Positions 45,068 to 54,199 of a DNA stretch of 54,199 bases are shown here, piece by piece. Source of the DNA: a virus (Duplodnaviria; Caudoviricetes); IMG/VR virus record IMGVR_UViG_3300032053_000099, positions 1 to 54,199 of that record; one strand, given 5' to 3'. The position numbers and the translations under genes are program-made. The notes beneath the pieces are model-generated. The model was not told the origin of the DNA and searched no databases. It saw only the letters and a program-made list of their open reading frames with translations. Within the stretch, counting starts at the first letter, position 1. The number at the start of each line of letters is the position of its first letter.

Positions 45068-45367
45068 ATGAGTGAGATAGAGAAGGACATGAAGCAAGCC
45101 CTTGGTGGAGTCGGACCCAAGCGTCTCCCAGCCGCGATCGCGGCCATGGAGCGCCTCGGCAAAGCAGTCAATCAGGTCGCCAACGACGCGGACGACCTAT
45201 TCGTGGCGTTGCTGCCAGCACTGTCCAGCGAATTACCAAGCCGGGGCAAAGGCGCGACGGAAGAGGCCAGCGGCTGCAAGTTCGTGGACCGCGTCAACGC
45301 GCAAGCCAAGACCCTGGAGAACCTGGCGGCGCAACTCAAGGAGGCTGAATCCCGGTTGAGCCTGTAG
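45068..45367 (+). CDS. coiled-coil hypothetical protein
   Basis: AAGGAG SD. Confidence 0.6.
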   Translation: MSEIEKDMKQALGGVGPKRLPAAIAAMERLGKAVNQVANDADDLFVALLPALSSELPSRGKGATEEASGCKFVDRVNAQAKTLENLAAQLKEAESRLSL

Positions 45368-45380
45368 AGCCACGTTACCA

Positions 45381-45420
45381 AGTAGCTCCCAGTCTCTGAC
45401 TCTAGGGGCTGGGAGCTACT
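45381..45420. terminator. intergenic hairpin
   Basis: AGTAGCTCCCAG...CTGGGAGCTACT inverted repeat. Confidence 0.45.
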
Positions 45421-45431
45421 GCTATCATACA

Positions 45432-45614
45432 ATGACGAAGGTACTGAAGGACGGAGAGCCGCTGATCCTAAGCAACAGGGAACTGTTCCGTTTCACGTGT
45501 TGTGACTGTGGGTTGACCCACAACGTGGTCATTGTCTCAGAGAATAGAACTATCGCCATTGCTGTGGCCAGAAACAAAAGAGCTACAGCAGCCAGGAGGC
45601 GTAAATGTACGTGA
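45432..45614 (+). CDS. small phage protein with CCDCGL.H motif
   Basis: Recurrent phage Zn-binding motif. Confidence 0.6.
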   Translation: MTKVLKDGEPLILSNRELFRFTCCDCGLTHNVVIVSENRTIAIAVARNKRATAARRRKCT

Positions 45615-45679
45615 AGGCTTTGGAAGCTACACAGCCAATCCATCAAGTGGTGGAGATTGAGGTCTGAGGAGGAGGAATC

Positions 45680-45910
45680 ATGAGCAAGAGCGAACAAGAC
45701 CACGAAAGAGCAGCAGTGGAGACAGTGAGGGTGGAAGAGATCCTGAAAGCCGCCAACGTGGGAGTGGAGTCAGTTACACCTGTCTACCAGGTGAATCTGA
45801 ACGCCCATGTAACGGAGTTCCATCTCACCGAAGGCTTGGTGCTCTGGCTGATGCATGGTAGAAAGCCAACGAAACCTGTGCCACCTGGCCTTCGCTTTGG
45901 TGGTCACTAG
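45680..45910 (+). CDS. hypothetical protein
   Basis: GAGGAGG SD. Confidence 0.6.
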   Translation: MSKSEQDHERAAVETVRVEEILKAANVGVESVTPVYQVNLNAHVTEFHLTEGLVLWLMHGRKPTKPVPPGLRFGGH

Positions 45911-47218
45911 GAGGGTAGCATGTTCCACTTCTTTTGGCAGCACGATTGGAAGGAAGAGCAGCGCCAGCTCTACGAACAGAAGCGTCGCTACGTGAGAGGG
46001 TTCCAGGTAGAGGAGCCTTTCACTGTTCCTATCACCATGGTCCTCCAGAAGTGCGCTTGCGGCGCGATGCGCACTTGGGAGTTCGTCGGTCATCTCCCAG
46101 GAAAGGGGAAGGAGGCTGAGATGTTTAAGAACTGCAAGTATTGCAGCAAGCCCGCCGAAGGGAAGTGCGAAATCTGTGGTGCGCCCATCTGCCCAGATCA
46201 CACTGAGTACGCTAGGTACCTGGTAATCTGTACCCCATGCAAGGACAAGGAGGCAAGAGCGTCATGAATACAAACACAAAGGTCACTAAAACAGACATGG
46301 CAAAAGGGGTACTTGCACTCGCCGTGATACTCGCCATCGGTACGGGCTGCACTGTGCAAGGCTTGAAGCACAGCGCATTCCTATCCATTGGCGTAGCCCT
46401 GGTGTCCTTCGTCGTTTACGCGAGGCTTCTGACCTGGGAATTGAGTAGGAGGCCTGGTTGGGAGTCTGACCCCAGTCCTAGCTACCCTCGGCATCTCAAC
46501 ACCCACCCGGACAAAGCTGTCTGCGCGAGTTGCGGCACTATCGCTTCGAATCATACAAGAGAGTTCTTGGCTGGTGGCTACTGCACAGGGTTCGTTTGTA
46601 GTAGCAGGGAGGAGGCTTAGCATGACCGTGAGTAGGTACAGCCCATCGTGGAGACGTTGGCTTCAGCGTCATTGCAAGTTTCTGTTCTCGGTCTGCCCCG
46701 GCAGGAACTACCACTGGCGCTGGGAACTCATCTGCCATTGTGTGGATGGCAATGAAACTGAGGAAGGCCCATCTGTATGGCAGTCAAGGACTAGGACGGC
46801 AAGTGGATCTGCTTGACGGTGCGAGAGTGGCGTCACGTGGATCAAAGGCTAAAGCTGAAGGTTTGCCTTCCACCAGAGCAGGGTTACAAACGGGGTTAGA
46901 AAGGAGCATTTCCGTGGGAAAGCTAAAGAGCAAGTGCATAGTGAAGGACTGTCCTAACAAGCGCAGTCAAGGAGTGTTCGTAGGCGACCTGTGCGCGCCC
47001 TGCCACGATTTCATTACCACAGGAAAGGTAGACTTTGGGAACTGCCAGGCAGGCAGGAATGCGGTGAGCTTCGCTGCGTCAGGACTGAGCAAGCTGATCG
47101 AAACGCACGCCCGACAAGTCGCTGTAATCTTTAATCAGCTTCATCACCAGGTGACTTTCAGGCTGTAGCACAGCAGCAGAAGGGCACTAGAGTTCTACCC
47201 AGTCAGAAGGAGGTCAGT

Positions 47219-47470
47219 ATGGTAGTTAGGAAGGGCCGGTGGTATCTGTTGGCTATCCAAGGCCAAGGTCCAGTCATAGTGAAGCGTGGCGCCAGGCATC
47301 AGATGTTCAATGCGCTTCGCAAGACACTGCGGAGGGATGGTACTTCCTATGGTGTCTTTGCCGTGGATTCCAAGGAAGGCCGACTGGCGCAGAAGCTGGC
47401 AGCCCAGTGGAAAGACGGCTGGAAGAAGCGCAAGCCACCTTACGAAGAAGTCATGGAAGACAATCTGTGA
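47219..47470 (+). CDS. basic hypothetical protein
   Basis: AAGGAGG SD. Confidence 0.6.
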   Translation: MVVRKGRWYLLAIQGQGPVIVKRGARHQMFNALRKTLRRDGTSYGVFAVDSKEGRLAQKLAAQWKDGWKKRKPPYEEVMEDNL

Positions 47471-48051
47471 TAGGGGATCGCAAAATTCAGCGAACGGCAC
47501 TAGGGATGACTGCCAAGGGAGTAGCTAGGATATTCCATTGGGTAGTCCCTTGCATGGAAGTGGAGAAGGTAGAAAGGGTAGAGATAGTAGCTGAGCCAGA
47601 GAGAACAGTCGAGCCGTTAGGGACAACAGTAGGAAGGAGAGTCAGTATGTCAGTCGTTAGGAAACTGCTCAAAGTAGGGTACAGGGTTGTAGTGGTGATT
47701 GGTAGCATTCTGGCAGTGATTGGGTGGCTGATGGCCGCGACGGTGGTCGTATTGGCAGTGCAAGGGGTGTTACAGGAGATATTTTGTGGTTGCTGCGCGA
47801 GATGAGAAGAGCCGACGCGCCAACACCCGCAGAGTTGGAGCAATGGCGCAAGGAAGCAGAGGAGGCCTCTTCAACGAATTCAGGGGCTATCTTAAACCAA
47901 CAGCTTGAAGTGGTTTTCGGCGAATTCAGGGGCTACCTAACCACCCCGTTGTCTAATAACCGAAATCTTAATCAAGTACACAATCCTGTGATCTACTTCA
48001 CAGAACTCTATCACACTCTACAAAACTCTATCACCGTGAAGGAGAACGTAC

Positions 48052-48273
48052 ATGCCAACTAAGAAGCGCAGTAAGAGGTCTAGGTTTCCACGTGTTCTCT
48101 TGCGTCATCCGAGAGAGCAGACGAAGCTGGACATCGTACAATCACGTCTTGCCAAAGACACTCTCTATCAGAAGCTCTTATCTGCCAGAGAGGAAGCCAC
48201 AACTCGCAGGCTGGCTGATGTCATAGAGCACATCAATGCGTCTCTGATGTATCTGCGGCTCTGGTACGTCTGA
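48052..48273 (+). CDS. small basic protein with RFPR and RHPR motifs
   Basis: AAGGAG SD; MPTKKRSKRSRFPRVLLRHPRE. Confidence 0.6.
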   Translation: MPTKKRSKRSRFPRVLLRHPREQTKLDIVQSRLAKDTLYQKLLSAREEATTRRLADVIEHINASLMYLRLWYV

Positions 48274-48461
48274 TCTGAAAGGGAGAATCACATGACAAGG
48301 AAGAAGCCACACGCTCTGAAGTTCACATCTGGCTTTGTGCAGTTGCTTTCACATCAGATTTCCAAGCGCCTGGAAGATCCTAAGGATCCAATTCATAAAG
48401 AGTGGCCTAATGCCAGGCTGTTTCTAGCAGCAAAGCAGAAGCGTGAGAAAGGAGTCAAGTC

Positions 48462-48857
48462 ATGAAAGCTCACATCTGTGGAAACTGCGGTGGTATCCTT
48501 CCCAATCATGGTCTCGGCTGCAAATACAAGAAGGCTGACAGGAAGCGCAGTGGATGGATAGGAAAGAAGCCTGAGCATGGGAGGAAGAAAGTCCTTCTCT
48601 GCGTCATTTCCAAGGACGACAAGGACATCGGTGTCCTCGTATGCAGCACGAACTTGCTTCAGCTTCCTTTCTGCAAGACAGAGTATCGGACTGCTGAAGC
48701 CAAGCACGGCGGAGCCACTCTGGCATGGCAGACAGGAAGCATCAGAATCGAAGTCATATCTGTCTTCTCATGGGACAGATGGAACGCAGCAAGACTTCGC
48801 AACACTCTTATCTATCATGGCCTGAGAACACCACATCACAGGGCAGTCATTTCATAA
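48462..48857 (+). CDS. hypothetical protein
   Basis: AAGGAG SD; CxxC..H..C. Confidence 0.55.
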   Translation: MKAHICGNCGGILPNHGLGCKYKKADRKRSGWIGKKPEHGRKKVLLCVISKDDKDIGVLVCSTNLLQLPFCKTEYRTAEAKHGGATLAWQTGSIRIEVISVFSWDRWNAARLRNTLIYHGLRTPHHRAVIS

Positions 48858-48981
48858 CAAGCATACACTCCAGTCACAGCGTAGATAGAGTCTACGTCCT
48901 GCCTCATATCTTCAGATTGCGCGATGTCATTCCACTTACTAAGATCACCCCGAACCGTTTTACAGTGAGACAGATTGAGCC

Positions 48982-49165
48982 GGGGGGAGGGGGTTCCTTA
49001 CAAGCGCTACGTTCGATGAAATTTCTCTATCTTTCTGCGGTTTTGAGAGAAACCGTCGCGGCCTACGAAATCTGTTAAACTGCCGTTGCAAGCGTGAAAA
49101 GTTTTCTCTATCTTTCTACGTAAGCCTCTGAAAATTTGAGAAATTCTAGGGCTTTCTATCTTTCT
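48982..49165. repeat. G-run followed by three TCTATCTTTCT direct repeats in an AT-richer non-coding tract
   Basis: G-run 48982-48993; repeats at about 49022, 49103 and 49153. Confidence 0.55.
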
Positions 49166-49191
49166 GCAGTTTAGCGGCGTTTCATTCAACC

Positions 49192-49815
49192 ATGAAAGTG
49201 CTCATAGCTTGCGAGTTCAGCGGCGTCGTTCGGGACGCTTTCAGGAACTGTGGACATGATGCCGTCAGTTGTGATCTTTTGCCCACCGAGCGTCCGGGGC
49301 CTCACTTCCAGTGCGACATTCGGGAACTAGACTTAGAGCGATACGACCTCGTAATAGCGCATCCTCCATGTACTCACCTCTGTTGCAGCGGCGCGGCATG
49401 GTTCGAACATAAGATGCGTGTGAGATGGTACGCTCTAGAGTTCATAAAGTTCTTCTTTGAGTGTCCGGCTCCCATGGTGGCGATAGAGAATCCGGTAGGC
49501 ATCATATCCACGGTATTCCGTAAGCCAGACCAGATCATTCAGCCTTACGAGTTCGGTGATCCCTACAGCAAAGCAACGTGTCTATGGCTCAAGGGCCTGC
49601 CACTATTACAGCCTACGAACATCGTTGATAGGGGAGAGCGGTGGGTGAGTGCGACAGGATCAGGCAAGTCGATGGCTAGGTGGTACATTAGTGCATCGTC
49701 TAAGGAACGGGGCGTGACGTTTCCAGGTATCGCTGAGGCTATGGCTGTTCAGTGGACGCCTAGATTCAGACGCGCTTATCTGTTCCCAAGGTTCCACTTA
49801 TTTCCCAGGTTTTGA
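49192..49815 (+). CDS. short phage DNA cytosine-C5-methyltransferase-like protein
   Basis: VLIACEFSG.VR.AF...GH...SCD, DL.IAHPPCT, IENP, QP..FG....K.TCLW. Confidence 0.8.
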   Translation: MKVLIACEFSGVVRDAFRNCGHDAVSCDLLPTERPGPHFQCDIRELDLERYDLVIAHPPCTHLCCSGAAWFEHKMRVRWYALEFIKFFFECPAPMVAIENPVGIISTVFRKPDQIIQPYEFGDPYSKATCLWLKGLPLLQPTNIVDRGERWVSATGSGKSMARWYISASSKERGVTFPGIAEAMAVQWTPRFRRAYLFPRFHLFPRF

Positions 49816-49839
49816 CATCCGCCGGCGTTTTATAACGGT

Positions 49840-50091
49840 ATGAGAGTCCGCTGGCAACATTGTATCCCAGTTGAAGTGCTTATGGAAGCGCACTCCGACA
49901 AAGAGTATGGAGCTCTGTCCAAAGCGTCACAGCACACCGGAGAGGTCGTTGCGACGGTGCGAGCGTTTGGACAGACACGCTTTGTGATAAAGCCTGACGA
50001 CCAGCAGGAGTTTGTTGAAGTGCCCGTCAGAGATTGCACCCCGAACAGCCACCTGCATCTGGCGCTGGAGGACCAAGATGAGCGAACCTAA
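49840..50091 (+). CDS. hypothetical protein
   Basis: ATG directly after a copy of the GCGTTTHATW motif. Confidence 0.55.
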   Translation: MRVRWQHCIPVEVLMEAHSDKEYGALSKASQHTGEVVATVRAFGQTRFVIKPDDQQEFVEVPVRDCTPNSHLHLALEDQDERT

Positions 50092-50196
50092 AGCAGGACG
50101 CAAGTACGTCGTAGGACTCACTGAGGCGGGCATCAAGGTTATCCATCTTGGGCTCACCCGTAGAGGCGAGAACGACATCCATATCGGAGGCTTGAA

Positions 50197-50442
50197 ATGA
50201 TCGACTACGCAAAGACGCAAGTGGGAGACATCCTAAAGGTAGTAGGCGCAGGCGCTCCGGGATTCGCCGCCGTCGGAGACCTGGTGCGCGTTATAGCGGT
50301 ATATGCCAACTCAGTGAAAGTAGAGGGCAGAGATGGCCGCCGCATAGAGTTCTACTACAACTGCGGCGCTGCGCGTCTGGAAGCAACGGAGTGGAAGAAC
50401 GACTTCGCTGTCGGCTTCCAGATCGAAGTAGAGCAGAGGTAG
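50197..50442 (+). CDS. small beta-barrel-like hypothetical protein
   Basis: GGAGG SD; VGD repeats. Confidence 0.6.
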   Translation: MIDYAKTQVGDILKVVGAGAPGFAAVGDLVRVIAVYANSVKVEGRDGRRIEFYYNCGAARLEATEWKNDFAVGFQIEVEQR

Positions 50443-50452
50443 GAGCAACCAA

Positions 50453-50905
50453 ATGAGCGAACCTAAAGCAGGACGCAAGTACGTCGTAGGATTTGCCTTC
50501 AACTCAGCGCTGGACAATATCGTGCTGCTCCGAAAGCTCCGGCCGAAGTGGCAGTCTGGTCTGTTGAACGGCGTCGGTGGGCAAGTGGAGAAGGGGGATC
50601 TGTGTGTTGAAGAGGCCATGGCTCGTGAGTTCCAGGAGGAAGCAGCTCTGGTCACCAAGCCATCGGACTGGCGGGTATTTGCCATACTGGAAGACTCCCG
50701 TGGCTGGACTGTACACTTTCTCATGGCCTGCACTTATCTGGGTGGGGTTCGTACCATGACAGATGAGGATGTCTGCGTAGTGCGAGCTGATGAATTGCCA
50801 AAGAACGTGATACCGAATCTCCGGTGGCTGATTCCTATGGCATTGTCTATGGCTTCAGAGCCGAGAGTCGCTTACTTCTCCATAGACGAAGTGCCTCCCA
50901 GCTAG
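50453..50905 (+). CDS. Nudix hydrolase
   Basis: GVGGQVEKGD...EAMAREFQEEA Nudix box. Confidence 0.85.
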   Translation: MSEPKAGRKYVVGFAFNSALDNIVLLRKLRPKWQSGLLNGVGGQVEKGDLCVEEAMAREFQEEAALVTKPSDWRVFAILEDSRGWTVHFLMACTYLGGVRTMTDEDVCVVRADELPKNVIPNLRWLIPMALSMASEPRVAYFSIDEVPPS

Positions 50906-51073
50906 AGGGCAGCAATGTGAAAAGGGAGCGACGCCTCAATGCATTGCACGGTGTACATCCCTGGTGCATATTCCATTGGCGAGAGCATCGGGCCAATCTG
51001 GTGCGTGCCTGGAATCGTAAGGTGAGGCAGATTCCACCGGAACGTTGGAATCTTCCAAATCTATGAGGGTAAC

Positions 51074-51316
51074 ATGAACAACACTCAAGCACCGATGAAG
51101 GCCCTGCTGTGGTTTCATCAGCAGAGATTCTATTGGGCAAACGCCACGTTCACTAAGCCAGGATTATATGTATGGCTGTTCGGCAACAACCGCCGCATCC
51201 TTCCCTGGACTAGAGGTTGGCAACTACTGTACCTCTTTGTAGTGGCGTCCCTACTGGCGCTGTTGTTTACCCGGCTGGGGATCCCTCCTCCGCCGCTGTG
51301 GTTTCTGCATGACTAG
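51074..51316 (+). CDS. small membrane protein
   Basis: GAGG SD; C-terminal hydrophobic helix. Confidence 0.5.
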   Translation: MNNTQAPMKALLWFHQQRFYWANATFTKPGLYVWLFGNNRRILPWTRGWQLLYLFVVASLLALLFTRLGIPPPPLWFLHD

Positions 51317-51325
51317 GGAAATTAG

Positions 51326-51574
51326 ATGCCGTCCAAGATATTCATAGCAAGCGCCGTCCGATTAGGTGCCGCCCTGACGCAGATTTCGGATGAGGAGTTC
51401 AAGGACATCTACAAAGTGGAGAAGTCTGTAATCAAGGGTATGGTGGATCGGCTGGTGGCCCTCATTCTCTACTGTGAGAAAACGCGCGACGAGATGGCAC
51501 TCTCCGAGATGGAGCGACTGACGGAGTATCTGGGCAAAGTCGCCGATAGCGTGCCTGCTCCCAGGATGGGTTGA
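51326..51574 (+). CDS. hypothetical protein
   Basis: 82 aa helical ORF. Confidence 0.55.
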   Translation: MPSKIFIASAVRLGAALTQISDEEFKDIYKVEKSVIKGMVDRLVALILYCEKTRDEMALSEMERLTEYLGKVADSVPAPRMG

Positions 51575-52346
51575 TTTTATTGCTCCCAGCGTTTCATTCT
51601 ATTGGAGGAACACCATGAGTAGAATCATTAACAGACCATACACAGGGAAAGCACTTTCTGCCAAGCCGGTGGATCACATGCTCCCACTGCCGCCGACGCC
51701 ATGGAGGAAGCAGTGAGTGGAAGGTCAACGTCTCCTCTCATAGCAATCGTGAAGCCGTCGGACCAGAGAAAGAGGACGCGTGTCTTTCTCATATCCCATC
51801 GCTTCCTGGAAAAGCAGTATGGTGGTACTATGGAGGAGCAGGCCAAGCAGGCTCTGTTGGACTTGAGGGGGCATTTTGGCATCTCAAATGGCGACCGTGT
51901 ATCTGTCCACAGGACCTTGTGTTCAGGGGACGGTCCTACCATCGTGGAGCTGACATGAGTTCAAACATCTCGGATGTACTAAAGAGCAACCAGTTCATGT
52001 ATCACTGGCGCTGCCGATGCTGCAATCAGCAGGGCAAGTTCATTGTGGCTGGCCGGACCTCCCTAGAGAGGGTTCTAAACACAGCAGAAGCAGGTCACAA
52101 GACAGCCTCTCCACAATGCACCTGGCTCTCAGTGTCCCAGGTAACAGACTCAGGGAACGTGGATCCTGTGCCGCTCAGACTCGCCGACTTCCAGAAGTCT
52201 GGCCTCGCTCCCGACCTGGTGGAGCTCCTTATCTTGGAGCACCAGCGCGGCTGCGACGAGTGCGAGGACGGCCTGGCTGTTTTCTGTACGAGAGGCCATG
52301 AATTGAGGAAGCTGCGTGAGCAGGCTTCTGCGAAAGGAGATCGTGT

Positions 52347-52802
52347 ATGAACGACAAAGTAACTACACTTGTGAGGCCCTTGCTGGTGCTATTGGTTGCG
52401 CTTGTGGCCCTGGTTGTGGCAGGCTATAGCCAGGAGGCTGCCCCCGCTGCACCTGCTGCCCCAGCTCCTGTCGTAGTGGAGAACCCTCCAAAGCTGGCAG
52501 ATGCTCAGGCTTTGCAGATCCGCAATGCGCAGCTAGAGATGTACAAGACTGGCTTGAACTTCCAGAACGCCCAGAATGCCTGCCAGACCGCCGTGGAGCT
52601 GAGGCAGAGTTTCAATAGACAGCTATCCGAAGTGCAGGCGCTGGCAGAGGGCCTAGTCAAGAAGAGTGGGGTTGACCAGGAGAAGTGGGAACTGGACTTG
52701 GAGACTTTGGTCTTCAGGGCGAAAGCGCCAGTGCCAAAACCGGCTCCCCCTCCTGCTGCTAAGGCGGTCAAGAAGGAACTTCCTCCCGCCAAGCAGCAGT
52801 AG
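52347..52802 (+). CDS. exported or membrane-anchored coiled-coil protein
   Basis: AAGGAG SD; hydrophobic signal-like N-terminus, Pro/Ala linker, coiled coil. Confidence 0.7.
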   Translation: MNDKVTTLVRPLLVLLVALVALVVAGYSQEAAPAAPAAPAPVVVENPPKLADAQALQIRNAQLEMYKTGLNFQNAQNACQTAVELRQSFNRQLSEVQALAEGLVKKSGVDQEKWELDLETLVFRAKAPVPKPAPPPAAKAVKKELPPAKQQ

Positions 52803-52878
52803 CCTACTTGGCGTCTCCTGGTGCTGAAGGCTTGGGGAACTGCACAACGCGGTTCCCCTTCAGTACAAGGAGTCGTCG

Positions 52879-54199
52879 ATGAAAAGGCTTCTAGCCGTCT
52901 TTCTTCTGTTCGTTTCTACCTGCCTTGCTCAAGGCCCTGCTAAGACAACCATTTCGGATACGCTGTACGACTCAAGTGGAAACACCCGAAGCGGCTACCT
53001 GATAATCACTAACCGAACGAATTTCACATCTTCAGACAACTACCCGGTTCCGGCTGGGACAGTCAAGTCAATCGTCTCGGCAGGAACAGTCAACCTCCCT
53101 CTTGTGCCCAACATCGGGGCGACCCCATCGGGTACTTCATACGAGGTCGAGTACCATGTCAGTGGGTTGGTCACGAAAGAGTACTGGGTCGTATCCAGCT
53201 CTGGAGGCCCAGTCAAGATCTCCGATGTGCGAGTAATAACTCCGCCCGTCACCACATACGGAACTTTGGCAATAGCCCAGATCACGCCGCCTGCTCCGTG
53301 TCTGGCTGGCTACTTTGTGGAGTGGAGTGGTACAGGATGGCAGTGCTCCGTGATATCCCCTACGATACCACCAGGCACAGCGAACGAAGTATTTGCCACG
53401 AACACGAGTGGGCTGGGAACAGAGTGGCGAGTCTTTGATGCGCCTGGGGGCACTGGGACGGCTCCGAACTGGGCATTCTCTTTTGGCCACATCTCTCTGA
53501 ACCTGCCTATGGCGGCTTCGGCTGGCACTACGGCTGGTTTGCTTAGCAAGACTCAGTACGATGCTCTGAACGCTAAGCAAGGCACTCCGGTGGTGTTGAC
53601 CACAGATGTCTCTGGTATCCTGCCATCGGCGAACGGCGGAACTGGAGTGGCTTACTTCGGAGCCGCTGGCCCAACAGCGCCCAGAACCTACACATTTCCT
53701 GACAGTCCTCAGACGATGGAGTATCAAGCCAACAAGAACACCCCCTATGGCTACGCAGGACTCGGATCGGACGGATTATTAGCTGCGGCTGTAGGCCAGG
53801 AAGTCTGGTCTATAACGGATCTGCTTGAGTACTCAGGGACTTCAGGAAGTGGAGCCACTGCCATTCGGGCTACTGTATCAGCTCCTTCTACCAACGATGT
53901 ACTGACATGGAGTGGGACGAACTGGATTAACCAACCGGCCACGTTGGCCAGCCTCACCCAGATCACAAACCGTTCTCACACGCTGCTAAGTGATATCGGC
54001 ACCAACAGCCATGCAGCGATCGATAACCACATCTCGGCCGCAACGCCTACGCCGCAGTTCGCCCGTGTTGGCGCTGGACAGGCAGCGGACGCAACCGCGC
54101 CTTTTGCTGGCACCATTGATTCGGCGACAACGAATACCATCCTTGACGTTCTGAAATTGACTCGAAGCACTACCGGCACCGCCGGCGATGGCATCGGTA
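52879..54199 (+). CDS. fibre/adhesin-like structural protein with Sec-type signal peptide (5' part; runs off the window; absent from the ORF track)
   Basis: AAGGAG SD; frame open from ATG 52879 to the end of the window; MKRLLAVFLLFVSTCLA-QG; G/T/S-rich with GILPSANGGTG, DVLTWSGTNW and H..L.DIG fibre-like motifs. Confidence 0.8.
   Translation, partial: MKRLLAVFLLFVSTCLAQGPAKTTISDTLYDSSGNTRSGYLIITNRTNFTSSDNYPVPAGTVKSIVSAGTVNLPLVPNIGATPSGTSYEVEYHVSGLVTKEYWVVSSSGGPVKISDVRVITPPVTTYGTLAIAQITPPAPCLAGYFVEWSGTGWQCSVISPTIPPGTANEVFATNTSGLGTEWRVFDAPGGTGTAPNWAFSFGHISLNLPMAASAGTTAGLLSKTQYDALNAKQGTPVVLTTDVSGILPSANGGTGVAYFGAAGPTAPRTYTFPDSPQTMEYQANKNTPYGYAGLGSDGLLAAAVGQEVWSITDLLEYSGTSGSGATAIRATVSAPSTNDVLTWSGTNWINQPATLASLTQITNRSHTLLSDIGTNSHAAIDNHISAATPTPQFARVGAGQAADATAPFAGTIDSATTNTILDVLKLTRSTTGTAGDGIG

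Noticed and set aside
53040-54194. Minus-strand ORFs at the window end
   Set aside because: Antisense to the uninterrupted + strand ORF starting at 52879, which has an SD and coherent protein features

Overview
A 54 kb segment of a large, GC-rich tailed dsDNA bacteriophage genome, with essentially all genes on the + strand. In order: (1) an early region with structured intergenic DNA, small genes, an FtsK-like ATPase, ATP-dependent ligase, HU-like protein, sigma-like factor and a charge-block disordered protein; (2) a thymidine-hypermodification cluster at 10.5-17.3 kb (radical SAM, two glycosyltransferases, aGPT-Pplase1/5hmdU-kinase-helical protein, dUMP-type TS/hydroxymethylase, phosphatase, Nmad1, sugar epimerase); (3) a replication/recombination block (UDG-PolA fusion, UvsY-like, SSB, RecA, 5'-3' exonuclease, SbcCD, second sigma-like factor, Mor-like, resolvase); (4) a packaging block (TerS, a circularly permuted two-piece tmRNA, a TerL split into ATPase and nuclease genes around cargo genes, and a portal); (5) many small accessory genes, a C5-methyltransferase-like gene, a Nudix gene and a partial signal-peptide-bearing fibre-like gene. 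Two peptide-tag patterns run across unrelated proteins. An LRE/GMKWG tag occurs on five head-region proteins and is a candidate protease-processed capsid-cargo signal. A terminal R-[FYW]-P-R motif occurs on about ten otherwise unrelated proteins and is a candidate phage-wide docking or localisation signal. All family calls come from motif recognition by eye; no database searches were run.
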